A stretch of DNA of 64,000 nt from Hypanus sabinus (taxonomy: Eukaryota): the NCBI RefSeq assembly GCF_030144855.1, contig NW_026780939.1, forward strand, positions 496,001 through 560,000. The letters run 5' to 3'. Under the pieces are notes generated by a model. That model worked only from the letters and a program-made list of their open reading frames with translations. It was not told where the DNA came from and did not search any database. Made by a program: the position numbers and the translations under genes. The stretch's first letter is position 1; every line of letters begins with the position of its first letter. Below, piece by piece: positions 1 through 13,079 of this stretch.

Positions 1-46
1 CAAATGAGCACCATGAACACTAATTCAGTCTTCCCCCGCCCACATT

Positions 47-49
47 GTG

Positions 50-113
<64 letters not shown>

Positions 114-120
114 CGCGCGC
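47..120. repeat. (GT)n microsatellite followed by (GC)n
   Basis: Direct reading. Confidence 0.95.
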
Positions 121-819
121 CTGTGGTACACTCTTTCTGTTTTATTGTGCATGTAATTGCTTATATAACTATTTATTAATTTCCGTATTAGTCTACTTAT
201 TTATCTGCTATTTATTCTCCGTGCAGTCGTCTTTTTATTAATTTATTTGTGTGTTTATTTACATTTACTGTAATTGATCATATGTTTGATCTATTGCACC
301 AGACTGCTGTCGAAGTAACAATAAATTTTACCACATATAGAATTCATGATAAAACCGATTCCGGTTCTGATAGTGATCCACCATTCCTCCCCTTGTGATT
401 GGCGGCCTGGTCGCCTGGAGACCAGGAGGGGGCGCCGTAGGAGGAGCTGAAGGTGACGCACTCAGAAAGGGGAGGCATCTCCAGCGTGGAATCAGCAGAG
501 AATCACTCCGGCTGGATTTCCAACCTATTTATTTATGCCATGGACAGATTTCGTGAAGCGCGGGAATTTGTAGTCTCCGTCTACGGATAATATTGCTGAA
601 TAAGGACGCGCAGGCCGACTTGGCGGGCTCTCGTCCAGCTGTAGAACTGGTCAGTCGTTCCAGAATTCCGGAGATTGAGACAAGGAGTTGACACGTGGAC
701 GGGAGGGCATTGAAAACCTGAAATTTGTGTTGGTGAGTCGGCCAGTGTCTGTCTCGTCCTGCAACATGACTTTGGTAGGGTATCACGTGGGATAGAATTA
801 ATTTCTTTTATCTATCTGT

Positions 820-833
820 CCAGCAGAGGGCGA
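820..833 (+). promoter_or_regulatory. CTCF-type motif (paralogues at 13054-13067 and 14619-14632; related matches at 422-435 and 13703-13716)
   Basis: CCAGCAGAGGGCGA / CCAGCAGAGGGCGC. Confidence 0.7.
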
Positions 834-2539
834 TATCACACCATGCATCGGGCAATGAAGGACATCCAAGCAACACACACAAAAGGCTGGTGGAACACAA
901 AACGCCAGGCAGCATCTATAAGGAGAAACACTGTCGAGGTTTCGGGCCGAGACCCTTCGTCAGTACTAACTGAAAGGAAAAATGAAGGACATGCACGGCT
1001 TCTCAAAGGGGATTTCAACTTGGTCCCTCTCCAGTGGGTACCTGTACCTCTGCATAATCTGCCCTTCTATCAAAACCAAATCAACCGTCCAGTTACCAAA
1101 TAAAACTCGACAAATCTCGTTGAAATCATAGATTTACACAAATATCACGTCGTGACACAGGCGATTGGTATAGATCTCTCAGCACCCTCACCACCCGGAA
1201 CATTTCCGCTTCTCCTTCCGACCAGCGCAGTGGAGGCACTGGATACGGAAGAGTGAAAGATCCTTGAACAAGTTCTTCCCCTCCGCCATCAGATGGCTGA
1301 AAGGTCCGTAAACCCATAAACACCACTTTGTTATTCCGCTCGCTTTATACACCACTTGTACAGTTTCTCTCGTAACTGACTTCGAGGGGGAAGTGGAAGA
1401 GTGGGTAAACACGGTTACAGGAAACGCGAAGTTTGATTGTGTTGTGGGGAGTGCATAAGGTTGGTCTTTGCTGACAACGGGTCTTTGGTAGGATGCAGAG
1501 CCGGACAGAGGAGAGTCCGATGGAGTTCAACCAACGAAGACAGAGGAAGGATGCGGAAGCCCTGTCACAGCCAGGACTCGGCTGCGCAACAGATTCGATA
1601 ATTGTGCTCGTGGATATGTACGGGTCATATAATGATTTCATTACGCCGGTATTTAACTCCCTGCTTATTGCTGTAGCGTTTGTCGATACTCGAGCAAAGC
1701 ACAGCAACGTTACGCTGCCGGCTTGCATTCGGCCTTCCCCGAGAACAGTGGACTGAGTCTGAGAACGAGCGGTACTCGGTTTACGTTTAGCTATTCCGTT
1801 CAGACGCGTTTTTTAGTTATGGAACATAGAATAGTGCAGCACAGGAATTCGGCCCACAATGTTGTGCTCAACCGAACAAATTAATAATCTAATGGTCAAC
1901 TAAACAAATATCTTGTGATCTTGTGCCTGCACAATGACCCTATCTCTTACTTTTCGTCTTTAATGTGCCTTATCTAAACATCTGTGAAAAGCTCCTAATG
2001 TGTCATCCTCTGCTACCGCCCGGCAGCAAATTCCAGGCACCCACCACCCTCTGTAAAAAAAACACTTTTCTCTTTCATCTCCTTTGATATTACCCCCTCT
2101 CACCACAAAAGCATTATGTCAGGTATTAGGCATTTCAACTCTGGTGGAAAGGTACTGTCTGTCTGCTCAATGACTCTCGTACTCTTATAAACTTTTGTCC
2201 GATCTCTCCTTGGCAACCCTAGAGAAAATTACCAGTGTTTGTCCAATCTCATTATAGCCCATGACAGCAACTGCTCGCTAATCCATGCAGCATCCTGGTG
2301 AATCTCTTGTGCGACCCCCCCCCCCAAGGCCTCAACAAACTATATGCAAAACTACAGATGCGATTATAATGCAGCAACATGACTTCCTGACCTTTGGTCT
2401 CAGGCCATACGCCTTCGGAACAGCCTAACGAGCCACTTTCAGGGAGCTGTGAGCTTGGACCCCACAATCCCTCTGCTCAACAACGCTATAATGGTCTTGC
2501 CCTTAACAGTGTACAGTCTCCTTACATTAGCCCTACCAA

Positions 2540-2690
2540 CGCTGAACTCATTCGGCCATTTCTCTGCACATATCTGTAGCTGATCGATATCCCATTGTAT
2601 TCTTTGCCAGTCCTACAATATTGGCACCATCACCAAATTTCGTATAATCTGCAAACTTAATAAGGCACCCATCCACATTTTCACCCGCGT
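2540..2690 (-). mobile_element. CR1-type LINE RT fragment
   Basis: GENVDGCLIKFADYTKFG resembles the CR1 ISKFADDTK motif. Confidence 0.6.
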
Positions 2691-3883
2691 CGTTTATATA
2701 GAAGCAGAAAAAAACATATAGAAACATGGAAAAATAGGCAGAGATAGCTCTGTTTCGCGTCGCGTTTATTGTTTTCTGTTTTTCCCTTAAAATACTGTTC
2801 GCATTACAGTCGCGCTTGTCTACTTCAATATTCAAATTCCCTCTCTCCTCNNNNNNNNNNNNNNNNNNNNNNNNNNNNNNNNNNNNNNNNNNNNNNNNNN
2901 NNNNNNNNNNNNNNNNNNNNNNNNNNNNNNNNNNNNNNNNNNNNNNNNNNNNNNNNNNNNNNNNNNNNNNNNNNNNNNNNNNNNNNNNNNNNNNNNNNNN
3001 NNNNNNNNNNNAGTCGCCCTGAGACACCTTTCTGGAGATTAATTCTTGGAGTCCTGGGTATGTGCCTTGTTTCTTTCCTTGCTAATCTGAGAAAGAAAAA
3101 CAAAAATATCAATGTTACTCAACACAAAACTGCCTTGCATATCCTCAGGGAAATCCTCGGCCGATCTCAGACTCTGCTGGGTCCGCAGCCAGTGAGGCAG
3201 AGGCAGCCGCACCATCTACTCCGCTCCGCCCACCCCGACGCTGTCCTTCAGGTGGAGTGGTGCAAATCAGCCAATAGCAGCGTCAGGAATTCCGTCCATC
3301 AGTGGGAAAAGGGCGGGGCCTCCTTTCGGCACTCACTTCATTCTCGAAGGCCTCTCNNNNNNNNNNNNNNNNNNNNNNNNNNNNNNNNNNNNNNNNNNNN
3401 NNNNNNNNNNNNNNNNNNNNNNNNNNNNNNNNNNNNNNNNNNNNNNNNNNNNNNNNNNNNNNNNNNNNNNNNNNNNNNNNNNNNCATTCTTAGCAGTCTA
3501 CCTTTAATATTGGCTGTCTTCTGGACGCAGTACTTTTGTTTCACAGATCTCCAACCATCCTTCAATTTACTGACATTTCCCGATCTATCTCTACTGCTCC
3601 TCACCTGCTCTGCCTCTCTACGCGGTCCGTCGAACCCCACACTCCACCCGCTCCCCGCCCCTTAACCTCCTCCCGTTCTACAGCCAGTGAGGCAGAGCGC
3701 AGCCGCTCCATCTACTCATCTCCGCCCACCACGATCCTGCCCTTTGCATAGGGTGGAGCCAGTCAGCCAATAGAAGTGTGAGGACGTCCGTCCATCAGGG
3801 TGGAAAGTGCGGGGCCTCCTTTCCTCACTCATTTCACTCTTGCAGTCGTCTTGCAATCGTGAAGGAAAACCTTGGAGTGAAGT

Positions 3884-3920
3884 ATGCTGCTGTTGATTGA
3901 GTTGATAATCTGGGTTCATG
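3884..3920 (+). CDS. Leader exon of V1 (MLLLIELIIWVH)
   Basis: ATG, 12 hydrophobic codons + 1 nt, then GTAGGA donor; same 37-nt phase-1 layout as the other leaders. Confidence 0.8.
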
Positions 3921-4779
3921 GTAGGAAGTCCACCTTATTTAATAATTAAACAACCCTCTCTGCCTATTCTGTACCTTTTCATTCCATCTCCTCATTCATC
4001 TTTTCGCCGCCCGTTCTTTCTGCCATTTCGATTTTCTATCCATTGCTGCATTTTTACTTCTTGCATTTCAAGGACTGAATGTGTTTTATTTTTTTCTCCT
4101 CTTCGTTAACTGCGACGTTGACATCCGTTTCCATGCTCTGTCTGTACCCCTCTGCCCCTTTCCCCATCCCTTTCTTCCTTTCTACTCTTCTCTTTCTCTG
4201 TCTTTCTCTGTTCTTTTCACCTTCTCTGCCATTATTTCTATCTCTCTATCGTGCGTTTTGATCTCTTCTTCATTATTCTCCGACTCTCTTTCTCTCTTGC
4301 CCTGACACTCTGTTTTTGTCCATTTCTCACTACAGATTACCTTTCAAATTTATCTCCGCCAATCCTATTCTCGTTCTTTTTCTCTCTCCCTNNNNNNNNN
4401 NNNNNNNNNNNNNNNNNNNNNNNNNNNNNNNNNNNNNNNNNNNNNNNNNNNNNNNNNNNNNNNNNNNNNNNNNNNNNNNNNNNNNNNNNNNNNNNNNNNN
4501 NNNNNNNNNNNNNNNNNNNNNNNNNNNNNNNNNNNNNNNNNNNNNNNNNNNNNNNNNNNNNNNNNNNNNNNNNNNNNNNNNNNNNNNNNNNNNTTGTTTC
4601 ACAGATCTCCAACCATCCTTCAATTTACTGACATTTCCCCGATCTATCTCTTCTTCTCCTCACTCATTCAGCCTCTATACGCGGTCCGTCTAACCCCACA
4701 CTCCACCCGCTCCCCCTCTCCCGAATCTCCTCCCGTCATACAGAATATTGACATTGCCCTTCTCCCCGTGTCGCTTCAG

Positions 4780-5079
4780 GGGTGAAACCCGCAGGCCATC
4801 GTTCAGACTCCTCCGGCCCTCACCAAGCTTCCTGGGGAGAGTGTGGCTCTGAGGTGCCTCAGAAAGGGCAGCAGCAGCAGTAACGCATTCTACTGGTACA
4901 GACAATACCCCGGGAAGGAGATTCACAACCTCTTTTACTCCGGGGCCGTCAACACCGTATATCCTCAGGGGTCGGTGGACGGATTCAACGCCCGGAGACC
5001 GGATGACGAGACGTTCCTGCTGAGCTCTCCCGGCGCGCTGCCCAACCATTCGGCCGTCTACTTCTGCGGGTGGAGTCTT
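4780..5079 (+). pseudogene. TRBV: V1: TCR beta-like V exon; downstream frame intact but 1-nt excess after the acceptor puts it out of frame with the leader
   Basis: IVQTPPALTKLPGESVALRC...FYWYRQYPGKEIHNLFYSG...NHSAVYFCGWSL; 18 nt between acceptor CAG and ATC versus 17 in paralogues V2/V3/V16. Confidence 0.8.
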
Positions 5080-5118
5080 CACAGTGACTCAGAGACACAC
5101 TGGCGCCGAACAAAAATC
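5080..5118 (+). other. 23-RSS of V1
   Basis: CACAGTG-23nt-ACAAAAATC. Confidence 0.95.
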
Positions 5119-5639
5119 TTCCAACGTGACAGGAAACAGCTGGCGGTGGGGCTGGCCAGGTGCAAGCATAGACTGTCTTCGCTCTCTCTATCACACTCCC
5201 CCGTACTTTCTCTCTTTATTCTGTCTCGCCCTCACATCTCCCTACTCTTACCTCTCTTCCCTAGTTTTCAGTCCATGTCTCTACCAAGGTCAGTGGATAA
5301 GGCCTGATTGTACTTACACTACCTGCAGCCTTCATAAAATCCCACTATTTCAACCCTCCCCTCCTTTCCCTTCGCTCCAGGGGATTAATTCCGAACCCAG
5401 TCAACACACCCCGGCTAGCTTTTCCCTTCAAGCTTTCAATCTCACGGACATCTTCCCCACAGGGAGGTGATCAGAACCGCACACTATTCGGCAATTTTGT
5501 TCTGTACAGCTTCCTACAAACCGGCAACATAACATCCCATCTCCTGTTGAATACTTTGTTTACTGTAGGCAAGTGTACCAAAACCACTTTTTGGACCCCA
5601 ACCAACTGTGAATTCAATTTCATTGACTTTCGTATCTAT

Positions 5640-6790
5640 ATTCCCAGTCGCCCCGTCCTACTGGACTCCTCAGTGCCCGACGGTTCACAGCCGACACCTC
5701 CTCTGTACCCCAGCATCATAAACCTGTGCCCCCTCGTGCAATCTTTCACAGCCTTGGGGAAAAGCCTCTGACTATCCACATGATCAATGCCTCTCATCAT
5801 CTTGTACACCACTATCAGGTCAACTCTGATCTTCCGTCGCTCCAAGGAGAAAAGACCGAGTTCACTCAACCTATTCTCACAAGGCATGCTCCCCAATCCA
5901 GGCAACATCCTTGTCAATCTCCTCTGCACCCTTTCTATGGCTTCGACATCTTTCCTGTAAAGAGGCGACCAGAACTGTGTACAATACTCCAAGTGGGGTC
6001 TGACCAGGGTCCTAAACAGCTGCAACATTACCTCTCGGCTCCTAAACTCAATCCCACAATCGATGAAGGCCTTCTTAACCTTACGTTCGTACACTGCACG
6101 CCTTCTTAACCACAGAGTCAACCGGAGCAGCTGCTTTGAGCGGCCTATGGACTCGGACCCCAAGATCCCTCTGATCCCCCACTCTGCCAAGAGCCTTACT
6201 ATTAATACTATATTCTGCCATCATAGTTGACCTACCAAAATGAACCACCTCACACTTATCTGGTTTGAACTCCATCTGACACCTCTCAGCCCAGTTTTGC
6301 ATCCTATCGATGTCCCGCTGTAACCTCTAACAGCCCTCCGCACTATCCACAGCACCCCCTACCTTTGTGTCATCAGCAAATTTACTAACCCATCCCTCCA
6401 CTTCCTCATCCTGATCATTTTTAAAAATCACGACAGAAGTGGTCCCAGAACAGATCCCTGAGGCACTCCACTGGGGACCGAACTCCATGCAGAATATCAC
6501 CCGTCTACAAGCACTCTTTGCCTTCTGTGGGCAAGCCAGTTCTGGATCCACAAAGTAATGTCCCCTTGGATTCTGTCCTTCCTGACTTTCTCAATAATAT
6601 GGGGAACCTTGCTGAAATCCATACACACTACATCCACTGCTCTACCTTCAACAATGTGTTTTCTTACGTCCTTGAAGAATTCAATCAGGCTCGCGAGCCA
6701 CGACTTGCCCTTGACAAAGCCATGCTGGCTATCCCTAATCAGATTATGTCTCTGCTAATGCTCATAAATCCTGCCTCTCAGGATCTTCCG
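5640..6790 (-). mobile_element. CR1-type LINE, decayed 3' portion of ORF2
   Basis: WVSKFADDTKVGG; LFRTLVRPHLEYCTQFWSPLYRKDVEAIERVQRRLTRMLPGL. Confidence 0.9.
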
Positions 6791-6802
6791 CAACAACCTT
6801 TA

Positions 6803-7152
6803 CAAATCAGAGTATTGAGTATAGGAGTTGGGATGTAATGTTAAATTGTACAAGGCATTGGTAAGGCCGAATTTGGAGTATTGTGTACAGTTCTAGTCAC
6901 CGAATTATAGGAAAGATGTCAACAAAATAGAGAGAGTACAGAGGAGATTTACTAAAATGTTACCTAGGTTTCAGCACCTAAGTTACAGTGAAAAGTTGAA
7001 CAAGTTAGGTCTTTATTCGTTGGAGTGTAGAAGATTGAAGGGGAACTTGATAGAGGTATTTAATATTATGCTGGGTATAGAGGGAGTTGACGTAGACAGG
7101 CGTTTTCCGTTGAGAGTAGGGGAGATTCAAACAAGAGGACGTGAGTTGAGAG
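6803..7152 (+). mobile_element. CR1-type LINE 3' fragment
   Basis: YKALVRPNLEYCVQF; MLPRFQHLSYSEKLNKLGLYSLECRRLKGNLIEVF. Confidence 0.9.
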
Positions 7153-8053
7153 TTCCTCTCGTAGCTCGTTCCACACACGGACCATCCTCAGGATGAAGGT
7201 GTTGCAACTGAGGTCCTCGTTAAATCGCTCCTCTCGCCTTAGATCTGCTCCCTCAACTGTTTGATCCTCTTTCTCTACTCCACTCTCTTTCGCCGTATCT
7301 CTCTTTCTCTNNNNNNNNNNNNNNNNNNNNNNNNNNNNNNNNNNNNNNNNNNNNNNNNNNNNNNNNNNNNNNNNNNNNNNNNNNNNNNNNNNNNNNNNNN
7401 NNNNNNNNNNNNNNNNNNNNNNNNNNNNNNNNNNNNNNNNNNNNNNNNNNNNNNNNNNNNNNNNNNNNNNNNNNNNNNNNNNNNNNNNNNNNNNNNNNNN
7501 NNNNNNNNNNNNNNNNNNNNNNNNNNNNNNNNNNNNNNNNNNNNNNNNNNNNNNNNNNNNNNNNNNNNNNNACTGACCCTGAATTATGGACCTCATTCTT
7601 GGCCTGTCAGTGAAGGGTGATGGCGATGTTGGATGAAAGGGAGATAAGTCAGGCAGTAAGGGAAAGCTAAGCTACCAGGGGAGGGATAAAGGTTGCAATT
7701 TCGGGAGTTGGGGGTACGAGCTGCGGTCCTCTCGGCAACTTGCGACTAATTAAAGAGGAATTAAGTTATCAGATGCGTCATCGGTAGCGAGCGGCGAACA
7801 GCCATAAGGAGCGCCGCGTCCTTAAACGATCTCACGCCCATGCGCATTCTCCGGAGATCATTGGACGACGGCGAGCCAATCACATGCCGCACAGGCCGGC
7901 ATTGTCTGAACTTGGCCACAGCCCACTTCCCGCGCCGATTGGGTGGGAGGAGTTTGGACTGACACGTCATCTACCTCCCCAGCTCGACGCTTCTCCTAGT
8001 TCACTGAGTCAAGGACCCTCGTCGGGCGCGCACGCTGCAGCCAAATCCACAAA

Positions 8054-8099
8054 ATGAGATTCCTCGCCCTCTTACTGGGCTGTATTTTCTGCTACCCCG
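8054..8099 (+). CDS. Leader exon of V2 (MRFLALLLGCIFCYP)
   Basis: ATG, 15 codons + 1 nt, then GTCAGT donor. Confidence 0.8.
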
Positions 8100-8424
8100 G
8101 TCAGTAAATTTCACCTCGCCTGCTCAACCCTTCAGCCATGGAAATCCACAAATATTGAAAAATTATATTTGTATCCAATTCCTTCACTGCCTGGATATGG
8201 GATATTTCAGTAAAGTAAAATAGTTATTGTATTCCAGAGGCCAGAATAGATCTATAACTAGTAGGGGCTAGCAAATAATTGAGGACCGAACGGACAGCTC
8301 GTTTTCCTGTGCGCAGTCCTCCCTCTGCTTTCCCTCACTCACCCCTCGCTGACCATTCCTTCTCTCCTTTGTCTCCGGCTCCCTCTACTCACTGACCGTT
8401 CTCTTCTCCCTGTCTTTGGGCCAG

Positions 8425-8723
8425 AGGCGAATTCGCAGAAGATCCATCAGAATCCGTAGGCTGTCTCCGCGACTCCAGGGAAGGATGTCCGACTGAGCTG
8501 CACGCTATCCGGAGGCAGTAGCGATCCATACATGTACTGGTACCGGCAATACCCGGGAAGAGCTCCCCAGTACTTGTTCCACTCCGCTGGCACAAATATG
8601 GTAACTCCGGACAAAGCTGTGGAAGGATTCATCGCCAAAAGGCCTGATGAAAATACTTTCTTTCTGACAACCGACAATCTCTGGGCCAATCACTCGGCCG
8701 TGTACTTCTGCGCCTGGAGTCGA
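8425..8723 (+). pseudogene. TRBV: V2: TCR beta-like V pseudogene, single in-frame TAG in FR1
   Basis: ANSQKIHQNP*AVSATPGKDVRLSC...YMYWYRQYPGRAPQYLFHSAG...NHSAVYFCAWSR; TAG at 8457-8459. Confidence 0.9.
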
Positions 8724-8762
8724 CACAGTGACTGAGAGAAACGAATAGACGAGACAAAAACC
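8724..8762 (+). other. 23-RSS of V2 (consensus)
   Basis: CACAGTG-23nt-ACAAAAACC. Confidence 0.97.
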
Positions 8763-9079
8763 TGCCTTGTCGACAAGGAGGAGCTCGAGGAGAGAGGAGG
8801 AAATGACGTTTGCTGCTGCTTCCACGTCACACATAAAGGGCGCATGATTGACGGCAGACGAACGTACCACGCAGCACAGTACAGTGAATGATCCAAATGA
8901 CACTAAGCAGATTTGCTTATGGGTGAATGTTCCTTCATTCCCTGCTGATTTATCAACCTCCACCACTGTTTTCAGCGCGTTTCAGACACGCATCACTGTC
9001 TGTAAACAAACGTGCCCCGCTCATCTTGGACAAGCACTGTTAGAATGCGAAAACCGACGGTATGAACATCTATTTCTCG

Positions 9080-9760
9080 AACTCCCGGTAACGCCCCCTT
9101 CCTTCACCATTTCCAACTTACTCTGTCACTTTCCCTTCCCTTTGTTGGTGCTGCCCGCTTTTCCTTCTTCCATGGCTATCGAACTCTCCTATTAGATGCC
9201 CCCTTCTCCAGCCCTGTATCTCATTCACCAGTCAACCTTTCAACTCACTACATCACCCCACCCGCTCCCCCTCCCGATTTCACCAGTCAGCTGGCATTTC
9301 CCTACACTACCCCCACCCGCCCTTAATCTGACTCCTCATCTTTTTTCCCCTGTTCTTCCGAAGGGCCTCGGGCTGAAACGCCGGCTGTTTACCCTTTTCC
9401 ACAGATGCTATCCTGTTCAGACCATAAAACCGTGAGATAGAGAATCAGAATCAGGCCATTTTACCCACCCAGTCTGCTCCGCCATTTCATCTCGCCTGAT
9501 CTAACATCCCACTCGGCCCCGATCTCCTGTGCTCTCTCCGAATCCCTTCATACCCTGACCGAACAAGAATCTTTCAACTCCTCCTTACATATACATAAAT
9601 TTCAGCCTCCCCAACTGCCTGTGGCCAGGAATCCCACAGATTCATTACTCCCTGGCGGCGGAATTCCCCTCATGCCAGTTCCGAATGGGACGCCCCTCAG
9701 TTCTGAAGCTTTGCCCTCTGACCTTAGACCCTCCCACCAAAGGAAACATAGGATCGGCTG
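9080..9760. mobile_element. Penelope-like terminal repeat fragment followed by a reversed CR1 3' end
   Basis: GAAGGGCCTCGGGCTGAAACG motif shared with other copies in the window; ACCATAAAACCGTGAGATAGAGAATCAGAATCAGGCCATT tail. Confidence 0.5.
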
Positions 9761-10314
9761 TTTCTGTGCTGTCTCAACATAAATTCGTGATGCACTCGGA
9801 GATTCTCGGCGAAGAGCCCATAAGACTCCAGGTGCAACCTCAACGAATTCACGTGAAAATCATATCCCGTCTTCATCTCCCAGAAGGACTTTACGTTTGC
9901 CCAGCCTCTGTGGAAATTGATCTTCCATTTCTTCAAGTCGTCGCAGTAATTCTGTGTAATGTACGAATGATTATGAATGTGTGGGGAAACTAGAGGAAGT
10001 CCGCACGGACACTGCGGAAATGAATGTTCGCGCTATACCATCGTCACGTTGCCCGCAGCGCTCCTGTACCGTGCCGCCAGCTACTCTACGTCACTCCCAT
10101 GTGAGGGTCCGTCTCCCCAGATCACTGTCCCGTCATTTGACAACAGATTTGATCCCCGCACCTCGAGCCAATCCGGAACGATCCCTCTGTTTCTCAGTCC
10201 CACCTGCAGACGCGCTAATATTGCCTGGCATTTGTTTTTTAACCAGCACGTTCGTGATCTGTGAAACCAAGATCAACGAGTCTCACAGTTCAGCTGCTTC
10301 CTGTCGCCGGCGAA

Positions 10315-10353
10315 GTTTGTTGTCGGGCCCCGGCGTGTCTCTGAGCCACTGTG
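10315..10353 (-). other. 23-RSS of V3
   Basis: CACAGTG-23nt-ACAACAAAC (2 nonamer mismatches). Confidence 0.85.
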
Positions 10354-10651
10354 AGACTCCAGGCTCAGTAGTAGACGGCCGACTGGTCCGGGCGCACGCT
10401 GGCCGAGCTGAGAATGAACGTCTCTGTATTGGGTCTCCGGGCGGTGAAGCCGTCCACAGCCCCCTCCGGAATTACTGAGTCAATACCCACGGAATGAAAC
10501 AGGTTCTGAATCTCCTTCCCGGGATATTGTCGGTACCAGTAGAGATAATTGCTTGCGCTACCGCCGTCCAGGATGCAATTCAGCTCCACGCTCTCTTCGG
10601 GAGATTTGGAGAGAGCCGGCGTGTCCTGGCGAACAGACTGCGAGGTCGCTC
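10354..10651 (-). pseudogene. TRBV: V3: TCR beta-like V pseudogene, second conserved Cys codon is TGA
   Basis: ATSQSVRQDTPALSKSPEESVELNC...YLYWYRQYPGKEIQNLFHSVG...DQSAVYY*AWS. Confidence 0.9.
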
Positions 10652-11601
10652 CTGCGGAAGGGAACGGGAAGTGGAGCGAGATCAGCGGGAGACCCGATTG
10701 TTAAACGGGAGGACGAGGTTTAGGGGAAAAGGAACGATGTGATCCATCTGAGAAAACATCGATGATTCTGGACAATGATAAGAAACACAACGTTTGAGGA
10801 AATATTATAATTAGCAATATCTGCATGTTAAAGAGCATAAAATATTGATATGATAATTATTTCCACCTTCTTTGACGCATTCGTAACCCAAACTGCAGCT
10901 CCTGAATCACTACAGTTTAGCAACACCGCGACCACCTTGACTATTGTACATTGAAACAGACCTGGTTTGTCTCTATACTAATTGTCCTGTTTCTTGTACA
11001 AAGTCGTGAATAATTCATATTGCCGTCATTTTCCCCAACAAATGTTGCTTGTCTGATGTTCTGTACCTTTGATTTTGCCGCCAGTTAGTTGGTCAAGCAC
11101 AATAAAATCCACATTAACTTTGACATCGTCTTGGGAACGATCCCTTCGGCCGAAGTCGTCCATACTGAATCTGTTTACAACGGAGACCGTCCCAGTTGCC
11201 CGTGTCCGGCCAAAAGCCACGTGAACCTCTCCTGTCGACGCCCTTCTGCACTAGTAGACGATGTTTAATCTTTGTTATTATATCCGCCATTATTTCTGCT
11301 TGCCAGTTCTAAGTAACCATTAATATCTGGTGTTCCCTTACAATCTGTCCCCTCTCATCATAAACCCGTGCCGTCTCGTTATCAGCCCCCGTTCCCGTCC
11401 CGTTTTAATTCTGAGCCCTTGCGATTATTGTCGACTGTCCCGGGAATGAAATGCGAGTCGACGCAAACCTCTCCTTGTATCTCGGACACGCAGATTCCGG
11501 CAAAATTCTGACAAAGCATCTCCGCACTCGTTCCAGTTTGACAGAGTGACCAGACCTGGTTCCGGATTGAAGATTAATTATTGTGTGAGATTATTTCATA
11601 C

Positions 11602-11638
11602 CCTGAAGCAACGGCGCCAGGACGAGAAACAGCAACAT
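11602..11638 (-). CDS. Leader exon of V3 (MLLFLVLAPLLQ)
   Basis: 37-nt phase-1 exon followed by GTATGA; its start resembles the V15 leader. Confidence 0.75.
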
Positions 11639-11834
11639 CCTCTCTCCGGGATCCTTCTCTGTGTTGTGCGAGGGAGCAATTGCGGGAGAAAATGCGGCAT
11701 CAGGACCCCGCCCCTTCCGGGCACATTGCTGCCCGCAGACTCCAATCCGGAATACGGGGAATGCTGAAGAGGTGGGACAAAGCCCGAAACGTCATTTCCA
11801 TATCTGCGCCCAGACCTGGTGAGTTCTGACAACA

Positions 11835-12165
11835 ATTTGTGTGTGTGTGTTGATTCGGATGGACAGCATCTGGAGACCATCGCGTCTTCAGCGTGTAGTA
11901 AACTCCGCCACCATGAACAGTAGCCCGCCCAGCACAGAGCACATCTTCAACAGGCGATCCCTCAGTAAGGCAGCATCAATCATTGTCGAGCTCCACCACC
12001 CAGTACATGCCCTCTTCTCATTACTACCATCAAGGGGCAAGTGCGGGAGACCGGGGCACACACTCAACGATTCAGAAACAGCTGCTCCCCGTCCGCCATC
12101 AGATTTCTGATCGGAACACGAACCCATGAACACCACCCCGTGTTTTATGGCCTCTCTTGTTTGAA
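11835..12165 (+). mobile_element. L2/Rex1-like LINE 3' fragment (similar piece near 1140-1330)
   Basis: RLQRVVNSA...LHHPVHALFSLLPSRG...RFRNSCSPSAIRFL. Confidence 0.7.
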
Positions 12166-13079
12166 CCNNNNNNNNNNNNNNNNNNNNNNNNNNNNNNNNN
12201 NNNNNNNNNNNNNNNNNNNNNNNNNNNNNNNNNNNNNNNNNNNNNNNNNNNNNNNNNNNNNNNNNNNNNNNNNNNNNNNNNNNNNNNNNNNNNNNNNNNN
12301 NNNNNNNNNNNNNNNNNNNNNNNNNNNNNNNNNNNTGCTTAATCGTACATCTGATTTTTACCTAGTTATTAACTTCCGTATTAGTCTATTTATTTATCTG
12401 CTATTTATTATCTGCGCAGTCGTCTATTTATCAATTTATTTGTGTATTTAATCACATTTACTGTAATTGATAATATATTTGATCCATTGCACCGGACTGC
12501 TGTCGAAGTAACAATACATTTTACCACATATACCAGTCATGATAAACCGGATTCCGGTTCTGATAATGATCCGCCATTCCTCACCTTGTGATTCCTCCGC
12601 CTCAGATTGGCGGCCTGGTCGCCTGGAGACAAGAAGGGGTAGCTGCAGGAGGAGCTGAAGTTGACAGAATCAGAAAGGGAAGGGATCTGGAGTGTGGAAT
12701 CAGCGGAGAACACTTGTAATTGCAGGTCAATATAGTTTGCCTCCCGCTGGACTTCCAACCTTTTTATTTATGTCACGGACAGATTTTACGATGCAAGGGA
12801 TCCGTGGTCTCCGTCTACGATTAATATTGCTGATGAAGGACGTCTCGTCTGACTTTGCGGGCTCGCGTCCGGCGGCAGAACTGGTCGGTCATTCCGGAGT
12901 TCCGGAGTTTGAGACCAGGGATAGAAACGTGAACGGGAGGGCTTTGAAAATATGAAATTTGGGTTGTTGAGTTGACCAGTGTCTGTCCCGTGCTGCTCGA
13001 TGACGCTGGTGGGGCATCATCTGGGATAGAATTAATTTGCTTTCTCCATCCATCCAGCAGAGGGCGATAGCACACCATG

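Noticed and set aside
380-700. Block A (and ORFs 12537-12758 and 13727-14044) as decayed V exons
   Set aside because: Only isolated V-like words (DQAA, LFY, ANS); spacing is inconsistent between copies and there is no RSS.
5120-10310. RSS-adjacent CTCF motifs for V1, V2, V3, V17 and V18
   Set aside because: Only weak partial matches at the expected distance; not counted.
11060-11115. Leader-like ATG TGG ATT TTA TTG TGC for V3
   Set aside because: In-frame TAA; a better 37-nt leader exists at 11602-11638.
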